DNA from: a virus
Taxonomy: Duplodnaviria; Caudoviricetes
Virus record (IMG/VR): IMGVR_UViG_2510065010_000001
Span: 32,001 to 96,000 of that record
Reading direction: 5' to 3' (one strand)
DNA: 64,000 bases
The translations under genes and the position numbers were made by a program. Positions 29,166 through 38,669 of this stretch are shown piece after piece. Numbering within the stretch: the first letter of the stretch is position 1; every line of letters starts with the position of its first letter. The notes under the pieces were generated by a model that was not told where the DNA came from, searched no databases, and worked only from the letters and a program-made list of their open reading frames with translations.

Positions 29166-29957
29166 ATGAACTCTAAAATCCGTGAAACTCCCGCTACTGC
29201 TGACTTTTCTGTTTCAGACTCCGACTCTTCGCCTAAGGGGTCACAATGTGGTGTCACATGTGAACCCCTTGTGAGGGGTTGTGAACCCCTTGTGAGGGGT
29301 TGTGAACCCCTTGTGAGGGATAACCCTGATTTTTATACTCGCAAGAATTTATCTGAGTTGTTGGGTGGTATTCACGTCAATTCCGTAGATAACTACCTTC
29401 GTAAGATGAGTGAAGTTAACTGGGGTGGACGTATCTTTCGCGATGCCAATGGTTATCAACCTTGGGTTTTAGATGAATTGCGAATTTACCAAAAGTCTTG
29501 TGCACCTACTGTTTTTGTAGACGGGACGTTGGTTACTAATACCAATCGGATTTCTTTTGAGCAATACAAGGAGCAGGTTGAGCGACGTATAGGTACGTAT
29601 GTCGAACCTGTTGAGGTAGAAGATGAAGAGGACTGGTTGCCAGTTGTTTCAGTTTCTCAAGCTATCAATGACTCTTCTATACCTTCTTCTGTGGAAGGGT
29701 TTACGGCTGCTCTTCGTACCTTTAGCAGTAATACTGACCAACAGTTGATTATGCAGGGGTTTGAGCAGGGTCGTCAGTTAGGTAAACGGGTTCGAGAGGC
29801 TCGTATTGCTGGGTTTGAACTGGAAATAGCTGCCGGATCGGTTGAACTTTCGAATGATAGAGCTAAGACCCAGCAGGAAACGGTTGCTCAGGCAGAGAAG
29901 CAAGTTGAGAAGCGAGTTAGTGCTGAAAAAAAGCGTTTCAAGCAACGCTCTTCTTAG
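29166..29957 (+). CDS. Putative HTH DNA-binding protein
   Basis: YTRKNLSELLGGIHVNSVDNY HTH-like segment, helical C-terminus; start uncertain. Confidence 0.55.
   Translation: MNSKIRETPATADFSVSDSDSSPKGSQCGVTCEPLVRGCEPLVRGCEPLVRDNPDFYTRKNLSELLGGIHVNSVDNYLRKMSEVNWGGRIFRDANGYQPWVLDELRIYQKSCAPTVFVDGTLVTNTNRISFEQYKEQVERRIGTYVEPVEVEDEEDWLPVVSVSQAINDSSIPSSVEGFTAALRTFSSNTDQQLIMQGFEQGRQLGKRVREARIAGFELEIAAGSVELSNDRAKTQQETVAQAEKQVEKRVSAEKKRFKQRSS
29259..29319 (+). repeat. 21-bp tandem repeat, about 3 copies
   Basis: tgtgaaccccttgtgaggggt repeated; self-complementary core. Confidence 0.9.
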
Positions 29958-30056
29958 CATTTTTGCTCTTAGTCACTTACTCTTTCTACATCATCCATAA
30001 TTGCCAGCAGAACGTCTCTAGCCCTCAACAGGTACAAACACGCCAGAAACCATAAG

Positions 30057-30086
30057 AAAACCCCCAGGAAAGCTCCTGGGGGTTCT
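30057..30086. terminator. Bidirectional terminator
   Basis: aacccccagg-aaagct-cctgggggtt between convergent genes. Confidence 0.75.
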
Positions 30087-30123
30087 TGCGTTTGTGGTAT
30101 CTTTTCTACACTGACTGGGTTAA

Positions 30124-30855
30124 TTATCCCACGATAACCAGATTTTCAGCCGCAGTTTGATCGATAATCTCTTCTCTAACCAACATTGGCTTAACCTTCG
30201 TGTGGGTTTCTGGCTCAACCTTGTTTGTCCAGATTTTACTGCTATGCAACAGTAAGTCTCCGGGAGTGAACAAAGGTTCACCACGTCCGCCCTTCAAGTA
30301 GCGTGGAACTCCAGCTGGGTTGTACAACTGTGAAACACTGCCTACACTTGCCTTGAACACTGACTTTTTCAGGTCTTTGCAAACCAATGTGACCGGGGTT
30401 GTGTACGTCGGAGATACGATGTTTGCGCGAGTTACGCTGTATCTCGTAAACTCCTGCCCATTGTCGAACACAGTAGTGAATTCTTCAACGATGTCGGTTG
30501 CAACAACATTGAACTGCAGGTAAAAACAGAACCGATTTCGACGGGCACGAGCGTACTTATTAAATACATCCCGGAAGTCAACCTTGTTGAACACTGCATG
30601 TATGCTCAGCATTACTGCATCATCCCCATATTGGGAAATCTCTTCAGGCTGGTTCTTTGAGATAATCGCTCTACAAATCTTTAGCGCCAAGCTATATCTG
30701 GGTTTTACTTTGCCAGTAATGCCGATCAGAACGTTTTCCTGACTTAGATTTGCGTTATTATCGCTCGATTCTTCACTAATCTTATTTTCAGCTTTTCCGA
30801 TTTTAACTGGGTTGTACCACAAGAGGTCTTCAGATGTCAGTGTCATGTCAATCAT
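30124..30855 (-). CDS. Hypothetical protein
   Basis: 243-aa ORF with terminator. Confidence 0.7.
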   Translation of the reverse strand: MIDMTLTSEDLLWYNPVKIGKAENKISEESSDNNANLSQENVLIGITGKVKPRYSLALKICRAIISKNQPEEISQYGDDAVMLSIHAVFNKVDFRDVFNKYARARRNRFCFYLQFNVVATDIVEEFTTVFDNGQEFTRYSVTRANIVSPTYTTPVTLVCKDLKKSVFKASVGSVSQLYNPAGVPRYLKGGRGEPLFTPGDLLLHSSKIWTNKVEPETHTKVKPMLVREEIIDQTAAENLVIVG

Positions 30856-31249
30856 TAGTTAGGTTTACAAAGGCTTTTTCAAAGTAATCTCACTTTACTT
30901 CAATAGAATTCAAAATGGAACAGTTTAGAGCCTAAAACTGACCCTAAACTGTCACTTTATTGTTTCTTCATGAAGAATAATGAGATTTTTAAGTGCAATT
31001 GGGCACAAACAAAGCGGTGCATAAAGAGCCTAGAAAATGCACCGCTTTGTTCATGTCCGATAGATTGTGGCTATTCGATACTTAATCCTCTCAGGTTACG
31101 GATTATTATCTCTCTAGCGTCTACTACGCTCATGTCTTTACGGACATTCTTGTTCACTTTTTTAACCTTTTGTGCTGTTTGTTCACGCACATTCCTTGAC
31201 ACGGGCATTAATGTCATGTGGAGTAGACGGATTCATCTCTTTCTCCGAG

Positions 31250-31282
31250 AAACCCAATCCCCTTGTGGGTTGGGTTGTTGAC
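31250..31282 (+). mobile_element. Solo IS200/IS605-type end
   Basis: aaacccaatccccttgtgggttgggttgttgac; same architecture as 20881. Confidence 0.5.
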
Positions 31283-31286
31283 ATAG

Positions 31287-31808
31287 CTAAACGGTTAATC
31301 CATCTACATCTACAGTTTTGTAAGAGACATACTCTCTTTGCCTACGTGCTGCACTCTTGTATTTATGCGCTGGGTTAACGCATTGATCTTTATTTGTACA
31401 ATTGTGCATTGCTAGGAGACTTACGCTTTTTGGTAGTTCTTCACTGGTAGAGCATACCCACACTAGTCTCGCAGCTTGGATTGGCTGCGAGTTTATATAC
31501 ATCGTTGGGTATCGCCTCGTTGTTGTTTTCCCATTCTTGTTTGTCTTCTTAACTGTGTGAAATTTACCTTTCCACAACCAACAGGCATCGTTTGGGTCTG
31601 CATTTTCAGGTACTAAGGTGAAATATCGACTTCGACCATATACCGTCAGTGCAACTTGGTCTAAGGGACTAAGTATTTCCCTAGTTAGTATGTCCGGTGT
31701 TCTTCTCAGCTTATTTGCCTGTTTTTGAGCTTCTGTTATTACTCCTTTGGGGACACCCATCTTCATCAACTCTTCTATGAAGCGTTGCCGTTGCTTTGAG
31801 GTTTTCAT
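31287..31808 (-). CDS. HNH/His-Cys type homing endonuclease-like protein
   Basis: CWLWKG..YP..A.RL.W..HNC....CVNPAH. Confidence 0.8.
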   Translation of the reverse strand: MKTSKQRQRFIEELMKMGVPKGVITEAQKQANKLRRTPDILTREILSPLDQVALTVYGRSRYFTLVPENADPNDACWLWKGKFHTVKKTNKNGKTTTRRYPTMYINSQPIQAARLVWVCSTSEELPKSVSLLAMHNCTNKDQCVNPAHKYKSAARRQREYVSYKTVDVDGLTV

Positions 31809-31916
31809 ATCTCACATCTAATTCAACTTCTATACAATAGCTTATGACTAGGTACGCTGAATAAAACTAAGATTGGGCGCGTAACACTTTTGTGTTGTCG
31901 TCATAACACTGAGGGT

Positions 31917-32015
31917 TAGGGTCGCATACACAATTGTTTAGGGTCGCTGACAGAATGCTTTAGGGTCGCAGCTATACTTATTTATGTTCACCCTAAAGAT
32001 AGGTTTTAGGGTCGC
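31917..32015 (+). repeat. Iteron-like TAGGGTCGC, 4 copies
   Basis: Copies at 31917, 31939, 31961, 32007 (spacing 22, 22, 46). Confidence 0.85.
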
Positions 32016-32055
32016 ATAACGCTCTCAAGCTCAATAAAGTCGTTGATTTATAAGA

Positions 32056-32086
32056 AAAGGGCGCAAAAATCGATTTTTGCGCCCTT
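32056..32086 (-). terminator. Intrinsic terminator
   Basis: aagggcgcaaaaatcgatttttgcgccctt palindrome downstream of 32129 gene. Confidence 0.7.
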
Positions 32087-32128
32087 CTACTGTCTTGGAG
32101 GACATGCTTTGAAATTTCACGTCGAGCG

Positions 32129-32776
32129 TTATTTCTTCACGCTACGCCGACGAGGAGACTTTGAAGTTTGTTCAACGCCAGGTGCATCGCTACCTGAGAT
32201 ACTGCTGAAATCGTTTTCTACTGGACTTTTCAGTGAATCCGTATTATTAATTTCACCTGACTCTGTAGCGCTATCAGGTTGTTCAGTAGTCTCTGAGCTT
32301 GCTTGATCTTCAGTTAATAAAACGGTTTCCAGATCAGCAGCAATGCTGTTATTAGTAGTAGTGCTACTAAAATCATCTGAAGTTAATAACTCAGTGTTTG
32401 CTTGAGCTTGTGTATCTTCAGTCACATCACTTTCTGCTGCTTCAGTGCTTGAGTTGGTGATAACTAAGTTATTAACTGTCTCAATGTCCGATTCTTCCGT
32501 GAAGTTATTAAACTCCTCGTTTTTGGCATGTGCTCGATTACTCAAGTACGCCTGTATTTTAATAACCTGTTGAAGACCAAGTGCAGAGACAGCGCTCAAA
32601 CTTTTAATAAAGATGAGGCTGATAATAAACAACACCTTACTCAGAAGATTGAAGGTAGCGATCAGCTCTTGCTTGGTTTGTTCAGTTAATAAGTTTTCTT
32701 TGACTTGAGTGTGCAGACGAACTGATGCATCAGATTGGAGCGCATCAAGTTGCGCGATCGTATTTTGTACGTTCAT
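32129..32776 (-). CDS. Hypothetical membrane protein with acidic disordered tail
   Basis: One hydrophobic segment, S/T/E-rich C-terminus. Confidence 0.65.
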   Translation of the reverse strand: MNVQNTIAQLDALQSDASVRLHTQVKENLLTEQTKQELIATFNLLSKVLFIISLIFIKSLSAVSALGLQQVIKIQAYLSNRAHAKNEEFNNFTEESDIETVNNLVITNSSTEAAESDVTEDTQAQANTELLTSDDFSSTTTNNSIAADLETVLLTEDQASSETTEQPDSATESGEINNTDSLKSPVENDFSSISGSDAPGVEQTSKSPRRRSVKK

Positions 32777-33255
32777 GGTTTTGATTTCCTAATTTTGTGA
32801 TTGAAAGGGCATTGAAGGGTAGCCCTAGACTCCGCCAGGTATCGATACCTGGTAAAACCGCCGCTGGTCGGAGTAGTTAGTTAATTACTTTCTGTGAGCC
32901 TATAATTCAAGTCTTGTTGTACAAGCGCACGTATCTAGCTGGAGCGCTGTTCTTTAGATATAAGTTGCTTAAACCGTTCAATAAAGCTTTCAGAGGCAGA
33001 AAAACTTAAAATTGTGCTGGTCTTCCTCCTTTTGGGTTTTCCCGAAGGAACGGGAAAACCTCATAGTCTTTACCTTTCACCCGATGACTTTATTTTTTCT
33101 TTTCTCCCAAGGATTTTTTCAGTGAACTTATCTGCTCCAACATTAAACCACCCGTACTGCACAAGTGTGTGCAGGAGTGCAGGAGTGCAGCAAGGACATA
33201 TAAGTGGTTCGAGGTTAGGGAGCATTTTATTAACTCAGAAGACTTTGTGAACTAC

Positions 33256-34650
33256 CTACACCGCACTTCGTGTCGGTGTAGGCTTCTGGCACATTTTTAA
33301 TGTTTCCAGAACTTCCTTCGAGGTACTATTAGTGGTAGATTCAGTTACCACCAGATTCCCTCTACGGCGTTTTATCGTGGGGAACAGTCCCAGCCCCACA
33401 CGCTTTAGGTTGATTCCGGCGTTAATATCCCGGTCAACCCACAGCATTTCAGATTCATCCCAGTACCCTCGAATACTGCAATCCGTGAACACAAATTCAT
33501 CACGATACGCCAGTAATTGAGATGTATATGCAGGTTTTACTGCCATTGTCCTAGCTCCAGCTTTTCCAGCTATGTATTCTAGGACTTTGAAAAAGTTACC
33601 AAATGCAGCATCATTCCAAGATTTGTTCAATCCTGATTTGGCTGATTGCCCATTAGGGAGATAATTACCATCTTGGTCTTGTTTTGCTTTATTCCTTTTT
33701 GATAAAGCTTTTAGATTTAAGTCTTCGTGGACAAAAACTTTTTTACCAGTTCTGACAAGTCTATGAGCAGTTTTAAAAGCGTGGTCTTTCCTTGCTCTGG
33801 CTATGCGCTGATGTTCTCTTGCTTCTCGTTTTGCTAGTTTGCGTCTTGCTCTACTACCTTTCTTTTTAGTAGACTTGCGATGCGACACTTTGGCTAGACG
33901 TTGTTCCGACTTTCTGAATGATTTCAGTGCAGGGAGTTTGGTATTTTCGCTAGTAGCTAGATAATCATCTTCATGGAGTACCGCATCAATCCCAATCGTG
34001 TTTTCCCATGTTGGTACTATTTCGTCATGGGTGAACTCCGGTACGCTTGGATCTTCTAGACAGATAGTTAAATACCACCCATCAGCTTTTAAGGTAAGCA
34101 GTGCATTTTTGAGCGTAAACCCTTCAGGTAATGGTCGGTGCAGTCTTACCTTTACCCAACCTTTGAGTTTAGAAAAAGATAAAAATAACCAGTCTTTCTC
34201 TACACGCTCTATCGTTATAGCTTGCCCTTCTATCTTCATAGTGCGGTAACGAGCAGCATTCTTAAATCGTGGTTTACCACTACGATTGCCGTTACCATCA
34301 CCCTTAATAAAACGCCCAAAAGCCAAGTCAACCCGTTTGCAAACATCTTGTAATGTTTGGGAGGGTACGCGAGAAAAATCTAGTAACTCGCCAGAATGAG
34401 CGACTTTTATCAAATCTTCTTTGATAATTGGTAACTGTTTTTTCTGGGAGTAAAAATCAGGATTGTCTCGCAGTTGAGGTAATGAGCAGATTAACGGGCA
34501 AGCGTTAATACTATTGCGGTTATTTTCCCACCAATCAAATCTATCTCCTAGTTGCTTGTTGTACCAGTATCGACAGACTCGCAACCAATAATTGAGTTCT
34601 AGTTTTTGATTGGTATTTGGATAAGTTCGATACTGATAATTAAGCAACAT
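33256..34650 (-). CDS. tnpB: RNA-guided endonuclease TnpB
   Basis: YQYRTYP HTH start; RuvC GIDAV / HEDL / DRDINA. Confidence 0.92.
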   Translation of the reverse strand: MLLNYQYRTYPNTNQKLELNYWLRVCRYWYNKQLGDRFDWWENNRNSINACPLICSLPQLRDNPDFYSQKKQLPIIKEDLIKVAHSGELLDFSRVPSQTLQDVCKRVDLAFGRFIKGDGNGNRSGKPRFKNAARYRTMKIEGQAITIERVEKDWLFLSFSKLKGWVKVRLHRPLPEGFTLKNALLTLKADGWYLTICLEDPSVPEFTHDEIVPTWENTIGIDAVLHEDDYLATSENTKLPALKSFRKSEQRLAKVSHRKSTKKKGSRARRKLAKREAREHQRIARARKDHAFKTAHRLVRTGKKVFVHEDLNLKALSKRNKAKQDQDGNYLPNGQSAKSGLNKSWNDAAFGNFFKVLEYIAGKAGARTMAVKPAYTSQLLAYRDEFVFTDCSIRGYWDESEMLWVDRDINAGINLKRVGLGLFPTIKRRRGNLVVTESTTNSTSKEVLETLKMCQKPTPTRSAV

Positions 34651-34652
34651 AA

Positions 34653-34997
34653 TTAAGCTACAACCACCTTCATAAAACGAGTGGGACGGTTAAGCTTGTA
34701 GTCTACTGTGCGCTCATCAATATATTCACGATGATTTACATATCCTTTAACGTAGTCACCAACACGGGCATCAAACTCTACAGTGTCTCCAGGTTTTAAG
34801 TCTAGGGATTGAATTGTTTTTCCAACGGTGAACCAGATGTGGTCTGTAACTTGCTTACCTGTATCCACAAGGCACACATCTTTAAACAATATTGTCGGTT
34901 CTGGGTATCCGTGATAGTTGGTCTTTTTGCCGAACCGTTCAACGGTAGCTCTGAACCTCATTCTTTTCTCATTAAGGGTTTTAAGCTCTTTACGCAT
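34653..34997 (-). CDS. IS passenger protein (OB-fold-like)
   Basis: 114-aa ORF between tnpA and tnpB; DHIWF..GD.V.FDARV..Y.KGY. Confidence 0.75.
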   Translation of the reverse strand: MRKELKTLNEKRMRFRATVERFGKKTNYHGYPEPTILFKDVCLVDTGKQVTDHIWFTVGKTIQSLDLKPGDTVEFDARVGDYVKGYVNHREYIDERTVDYKLNRPTRFMKVVVA

Positions 34998-35062
34998 CTT
35001 ATTAGCTGGGCAACGCTATTATTTTAATATACACTGAATATGACGCAATCAATATAAAGTTT

Positions 35063-35518
35063 GTGAAAAATGATTTTGTCTCAAAGGGAAGGTCTATCAG
35101 TGACCTTAAAGCTCATCTCGTCCTGACAACAAAATATCGTCGCAAAGCCATCACAAGCGAGATGCTACAGCGATTGCATATTATCCTTGAAGATTTGCTG
35201 ATTAGATGGGAATGTAAGCTTGTAGAGTTTAGTGGTGAATCAGACCACGTACATCTGCTGTTTCAATACCACCCCGACTTACAATTAAGTACGTTGGTGG
35301 GCAACATTAAATCCACAACTTCCCGCAGACTCAGGCAAGAGTTTTCAGATCATTTAAGTCGCTTCTACACCAAAGATGTTTTTTGGAATGGTTCATATTT
35401 TATTGCTAGTTGCGGAGGAGTGACCATCTCAACTTTGAAACAGTACATTCAAGCGCAAGAAAAACCTGAAATTGGCGATTCCTCATCGACTCCCTGCCCT
35501 ATCAATCCTGCGGATTGA
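35063..35518 (+). CDS. tnpA: IS200-type Y1 HUH transposase
   Basis: HLVLTTKYRR, DHVHLL, FW..SYF, YIQAQ. Confidence 0.93.
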   Translation: MKNDFVSKGRSISDLKAHLVLTTKYRRKAITSEMLQRLHIILEDLLIRWECKLVEFSGESDHVHLLFQYHPDLQLSTLVGNIKSTTSRRLRQEFSDHLSRFYTKDVFWNGSYFIASCGGVTISTLKQYIQAQEKPEIGDSSSTPCPINPAD

Positions 35519-35600
35519 ATTGGTTGTGAGTCAATTCGTCATCGCCCAAAAATTCATCTCATCACTCCTGCTTCGCAGTGAGTGAGAGGCTTCTTTTTGT

Positions 35601-35912
35601 TTAAGCTAAAACTTCATCGAACACTTCTTCAGGTACTACTTCTAGAAACTTAATTTGTCTGGCTTTCCAATCTAAACTTCTTACTTGGTCAGTTAGAATT
35701 ACGCCTTGAGTTTTACACACGTCTGGTAGTCTTACTTCGAATGGATAGCCTTTTTCTTTGCTAGTGATTGGCACGGCTATCATCAGTAAACTTTTTTGGT
35801 TATAGGTTTTTTTACTTATTACAAGGGCTGGTCGTTTGCCTTTCTGCTCTCTACCCATCGTAGGGTCTAAACTTAACAGTATTATCTCTCCTTGTTCAGG
35901 ACAATAAAACAC
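35601..35912 (-). CDS. mazF: MazF/PemK toxin, C-terminus clipped by IS
   Basis: LDP..G.EQ.G.RPALV.S...YN, VPITS..KGYPFEV, DQVRSLDW.AR. Confidence 0.92.
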   Translation of the reverse strand: MFYCPEQGEIILLSLDPTMGREQKGKRPALVISKKTYNQKSLLMIAVPITSKEKGYPFEVRLPDVCKTQGVILTDQVRSLDWKARQIKFLEVVPEEVFDEVLA

Positions 35913-36154
35913 CAGACCTCCTTGCCAGCTTGGTCACCGAAATCTACAGCTTCGTGTCTGTTTTCATCCGTGATTTTATTAACAAGGTCTTCCAGTACGT
36001 AGGTCCTTCTTTTTTTAATCGGTTTGACCACTAGCTCATTACCTCTAAGCTCAATATTTACTGTTGCGCCTTCTGTTAAATTTAATTCTTGTGCGAATTG
36101 ATTCGGTATTCTAATAGCCAAGCTATTTCCCCACTTTGAGACGACGTGTTTCAT
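35882..36154 (-). CDS. mazE: MazE/AbrB antitoxin
   Basis: KWGNSLAIRIP, L..L...IT.EN.H..VDFG...GKE.W. Confidence 0.92.
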   Translation of the reverse strand: MKHVVSKWGNSLAIRIPNQFAQELNLTEGATVNIELRGNELVVKPIKKRRTYVLEDLVNKITDENRHEAVDFGDQAGKEVWCFIVLNKER

Positions 36155-36597
36155 AATCAACACAATTTTGGATATACAAAGTATATCCACTACGTGTTAT
36201 TTTACAAAAAAGTTTGGGCAGACTTCTGCTCAAACTTAATAAACCTATCTATTCTGTTTTAATTAATGCCAGCTAACCTTTCACCGATAAACTGTGCAGC
36301 TTTACCCACTAATGTCAGAAAGAATCCTACGATTGCACCACCTAACGGTAATGCAGGTTCAAGAAGGAAACTTTCTAACCAGCTAGGGTCTGCTTCAGCA
36401 AGGTTATTAAAGTAACCTTGTTTTTCACCAAACCACACTAGCCCATTTTTATCAAAGTACAGAGAAGGGGGGTTGTTGACGCATTACCTCGAACTGTTTA
36501 CTTTACGTTCTCTCCAGGGCAGACCTATGCGCACCCATTCGTTGTTAATAAACTTTTCGCGTTGACATAGAACATACCGTCGAGTTTATCTGGTGAA

Positions 36598-36670
36598 CCC
36601 AGAGTGCAGGATTCGAACCTGCGTGGGGCATCTTAGAAGGATGCTGCTTAATCCGCTCAGCCAACTCTGG
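36598..36670 (-). tRNA. tRNA-Arg (UCU)
   Basis: Cloverleaf: acceptor CCAGAGT/ACTCTGG, anticodon arm GCATC-CTTCTAA-GATGC, T arm GCAGG-TTCGAAT-CCTGC; CCA not encoded. Confidence 0.93.
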
Positions 36671-36845
36671 TTAATAGGAGGGAGCGACCCTTCTATAGAG
36701 ACTTCACGTATCTCATTTGAATGCACTACGTCCTGTAGGTCCCGGAGCAGTGGCAGTACGAGGAAACTCCACTGTCGTTGGTTAATAACAAACCCCGTCG
36801 AGTTGGTTTTAACCAATACTTAACTTTTCTTAGTACATTGCAAGG

Positions 36846-37409
36846 TTACATTCCTAAACTTGAATTTACCTGCTTTGTGTTTAATCCGTATTTTCTTGCC
36901 CATTTACGTGCAGCATTGTCGCTTACTCCATATTTTAATCCTATTGCAACCCAGGACATCTCTGATATATCTTTTTCAAGCTCTTCTTTAGAAGGTCTGT
37001 TAACTTTTCTCTTTGCTATTGCGCTGCATTCATTTGAGCAATATTTTTCATTTAAGGTTGATTGAATTATCTCATTGCAGGTCATACAAAATCTGGCACC
37101 GTCTACCGCTTTTCTTTCTTGGCTGCTAATTTTGAAGTTTCCTTCGTATGGTGCTCCAATACTAATCCAATAATGCAGTTTTGTATGTTGACTATTTTCT
37201 ATAACAATTAGGTTTACGCTTCGGTTGTCATCTCTTATGCCATTAAGGTGATGAACTACCTCGTTTTCTCTGATTTTTCTGTTAATACTGTTTTCTGCCA
37301 CTAAAATGTGCTCGTACACATATCCTAACCAGTTTTCACTTTTCATAGCTCTTGCGTGTTCTGGCTTATATATCACTCTATAACCGTTCAATATTCTTAC
37401 TGATTTCAT
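36846..37409 (-). CDS. HNH homing endonuclease with C-terminal Zn/HTH domain
   Basis: YVYEH.LV.E..VHHLNG.RDDNR..NL; CxxC, YCS.EC, IG.KYGVSDNA.RKW. Confidence 0.88.
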   Translation of the reverse strand: MKSVRILNGYRVIYKPEHARAMKSENWLGYVYEHILVAENSINRKIRENEVVHHLNGIRDDNRSVNLIVIENSQHTKLHYWISIGAPYEGNFKISSQERKAVDGARFCMTCNEIIQSTLNEKYCSNECSAIAKRKVNRPSKEELEKDISEMSWVAIGLKYGVSDNAARKWARKYGLNTKQVNSSLGM

Positions 37410-37517
37410 CTTTTTACCTATAGGTGTTATCTGTAGTGGGAAACTTGATTTGACTTTAATATTTCAATAAAAAAGGACGACTTGCGCCGTCCCAGAGTAC
37501 TAATTCCTGTTTCTAAC

Positions 37518-37718
37518 TTACCACTGCTCGAAGGTGTAAGCAGGAATTAAAACAACATCACCTTCAACATCCACCCCTAACGATGAGCTAAGGATGACGC
37601 ATTCAATAGCATCGCCAAGGTTGGCAAGTACTTCGAGAACGCTGTCGTTGATGAAAAGCATCAGACCAGGAACGAACGTTTCTTGGAACTTATTAATAGA
37701 CATTGGTTTTTCTCCCAT
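37518..37718 (-). CDS. Small hypothetical protein
   Basis: ATG at 37718 or 37703 downstream of hairpin; terminator-like stem at ~37470. Confidence 0.5.
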   Translation of the reverse strand: MGEKPMSINKFQETFVPGLMLFINDSVLEVLANLGDAIECVILSSSLGVDVEGDVVLIPAYTFEQW

Positions 37719-37730
37719 TTGGTTTAAGCA

Positions 37731-37776
37731 AACAAAAGTGGGGGCGATCAGATTACTGATCGCCCCCACTTTTGTT
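37731..37776. repeat. Perfect 21-bp inverted repeat with 4-nt loop
   Basis: aacaaaagtgggggcgatcag-atta-ctgatcgcccccacttttgtt. Confidence 0.95.
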
Positions 37777-37996
37777 AACTCAAGATTTTTAGTCAACGTT
37801 TTCTGATTCCCACAGTCCTAATGGAATCACTTCTCCTGTTCTTTAATAATATTCATGGTGGAAGAACTTTAGAGGTTTATTAAACCTAACGGATTTTTAC
37901 TTTTGTCTTTTTACTTTGATGTTAAAGCACAATGGTATTAGCACAATAGGCTTCTGTTTAATTATTAAAGTTTTTTAATTTACCCATCGGTCTGTT

Positions 37997-38659
37997 ATGC
38001 CAACTGAAGAACTGCAGGAAATTCAAGAGATTATCGAGGCTTACAACAAACTAGGGCAGCTCTTGCAAAATTATCTAGGCAATGCCCCTTCTGTCCAGAA
38101 TAGTAACGGAAGCGTTGATATTAAGGGCAGCAAAAAGGGTAGCAAGAAAGGTGACACTGGAAAATCTAACCATTTACTCACTTACCCATCTATATATATA
38201 GATGGTGCTTGCCAATCAACCGAGGGTGGTTGGGGAGTAGTCGTTTATTTGGATGAAGGCGTTACTTTGGAGCGGGGCGGTTACGTTGCAGATACAACTT
38301 GCAATCGCATGGAATTGCAGGCAGCTATTGAAGCTGTCCGGTTGTTACAGCAACTTAACTTAGAGCTTGATTATAAAGTTCCTGTTTACACTGACAGCCA
38401 ATACGTCCAGAAAGGTATCACAATCTGGATTAATAACTGGAAGCGCAATGGTTGGCAGGGTTCATCAGGTGAGGTGAAGAATGTTAGTTTATGGGTTGAA
38501 CTGGACACACTTAATAAAGAAGTGTTAGTCGATTGGAGATGGGTGAAGGGGCACATTGGTGTGCAGGGAAATGAACGTGCAGACTTCATTGCAACAGCGT
38601 TTGCTGCTCAAAAGCAGATAACTTTACACAACAGTTTTGATTTGTCTGCTTTTGAGTGA
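37997..38659 (+). CDS. rnhA: Ribonuclease HI with N-terminal extension
   Basis: YIDGAC, NRMELQA, YTDSQY, WVKGH, GNERAD. Confidence 0.93.
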   Translation: MPTEELQEIQEIIEAYNKLGQLLQNYLGNAPSVQNSNGSVDIKGSKKGSKKGDTGKSNHLLTYPSIYIDGACQSTEGGWGVVVYLDEGVTLERGGYVADTTCNRMELQAAIEAVRLLQQLNLELDYKVPVYTDSQYVQKGITIWINNWKRNGWQGSSGEVKNVSLWVELDTLNKEVLVDWRWVKGHIGVQGNERADFIATAFAAQKQITLHNSFDLSAFE

Positions 38660-38669
38660 AATGCGATTC

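Larger units (their letters stand above)
33247..35605 (-). mobile_element. IS605-group element with a passenger gene, inserted in the mazF 3' end
   Basis: Right end hairpin + TCAC at 33247; left end after TTAG (35606-35609) with hairpin 35562-35585. Confidence 0.85.

Noticed and set aside
36259-36570. Intact membrane-protein gene next to the tRNA
   Set aside because: Only a C-terminal hydrophobic frame with upstream stops and frameshifts; probably a remnant
36598-37409. Group I intron with HNH inside the tRNA
   Set aside because: The tRNA is uninterrupted and no intron core was recognised
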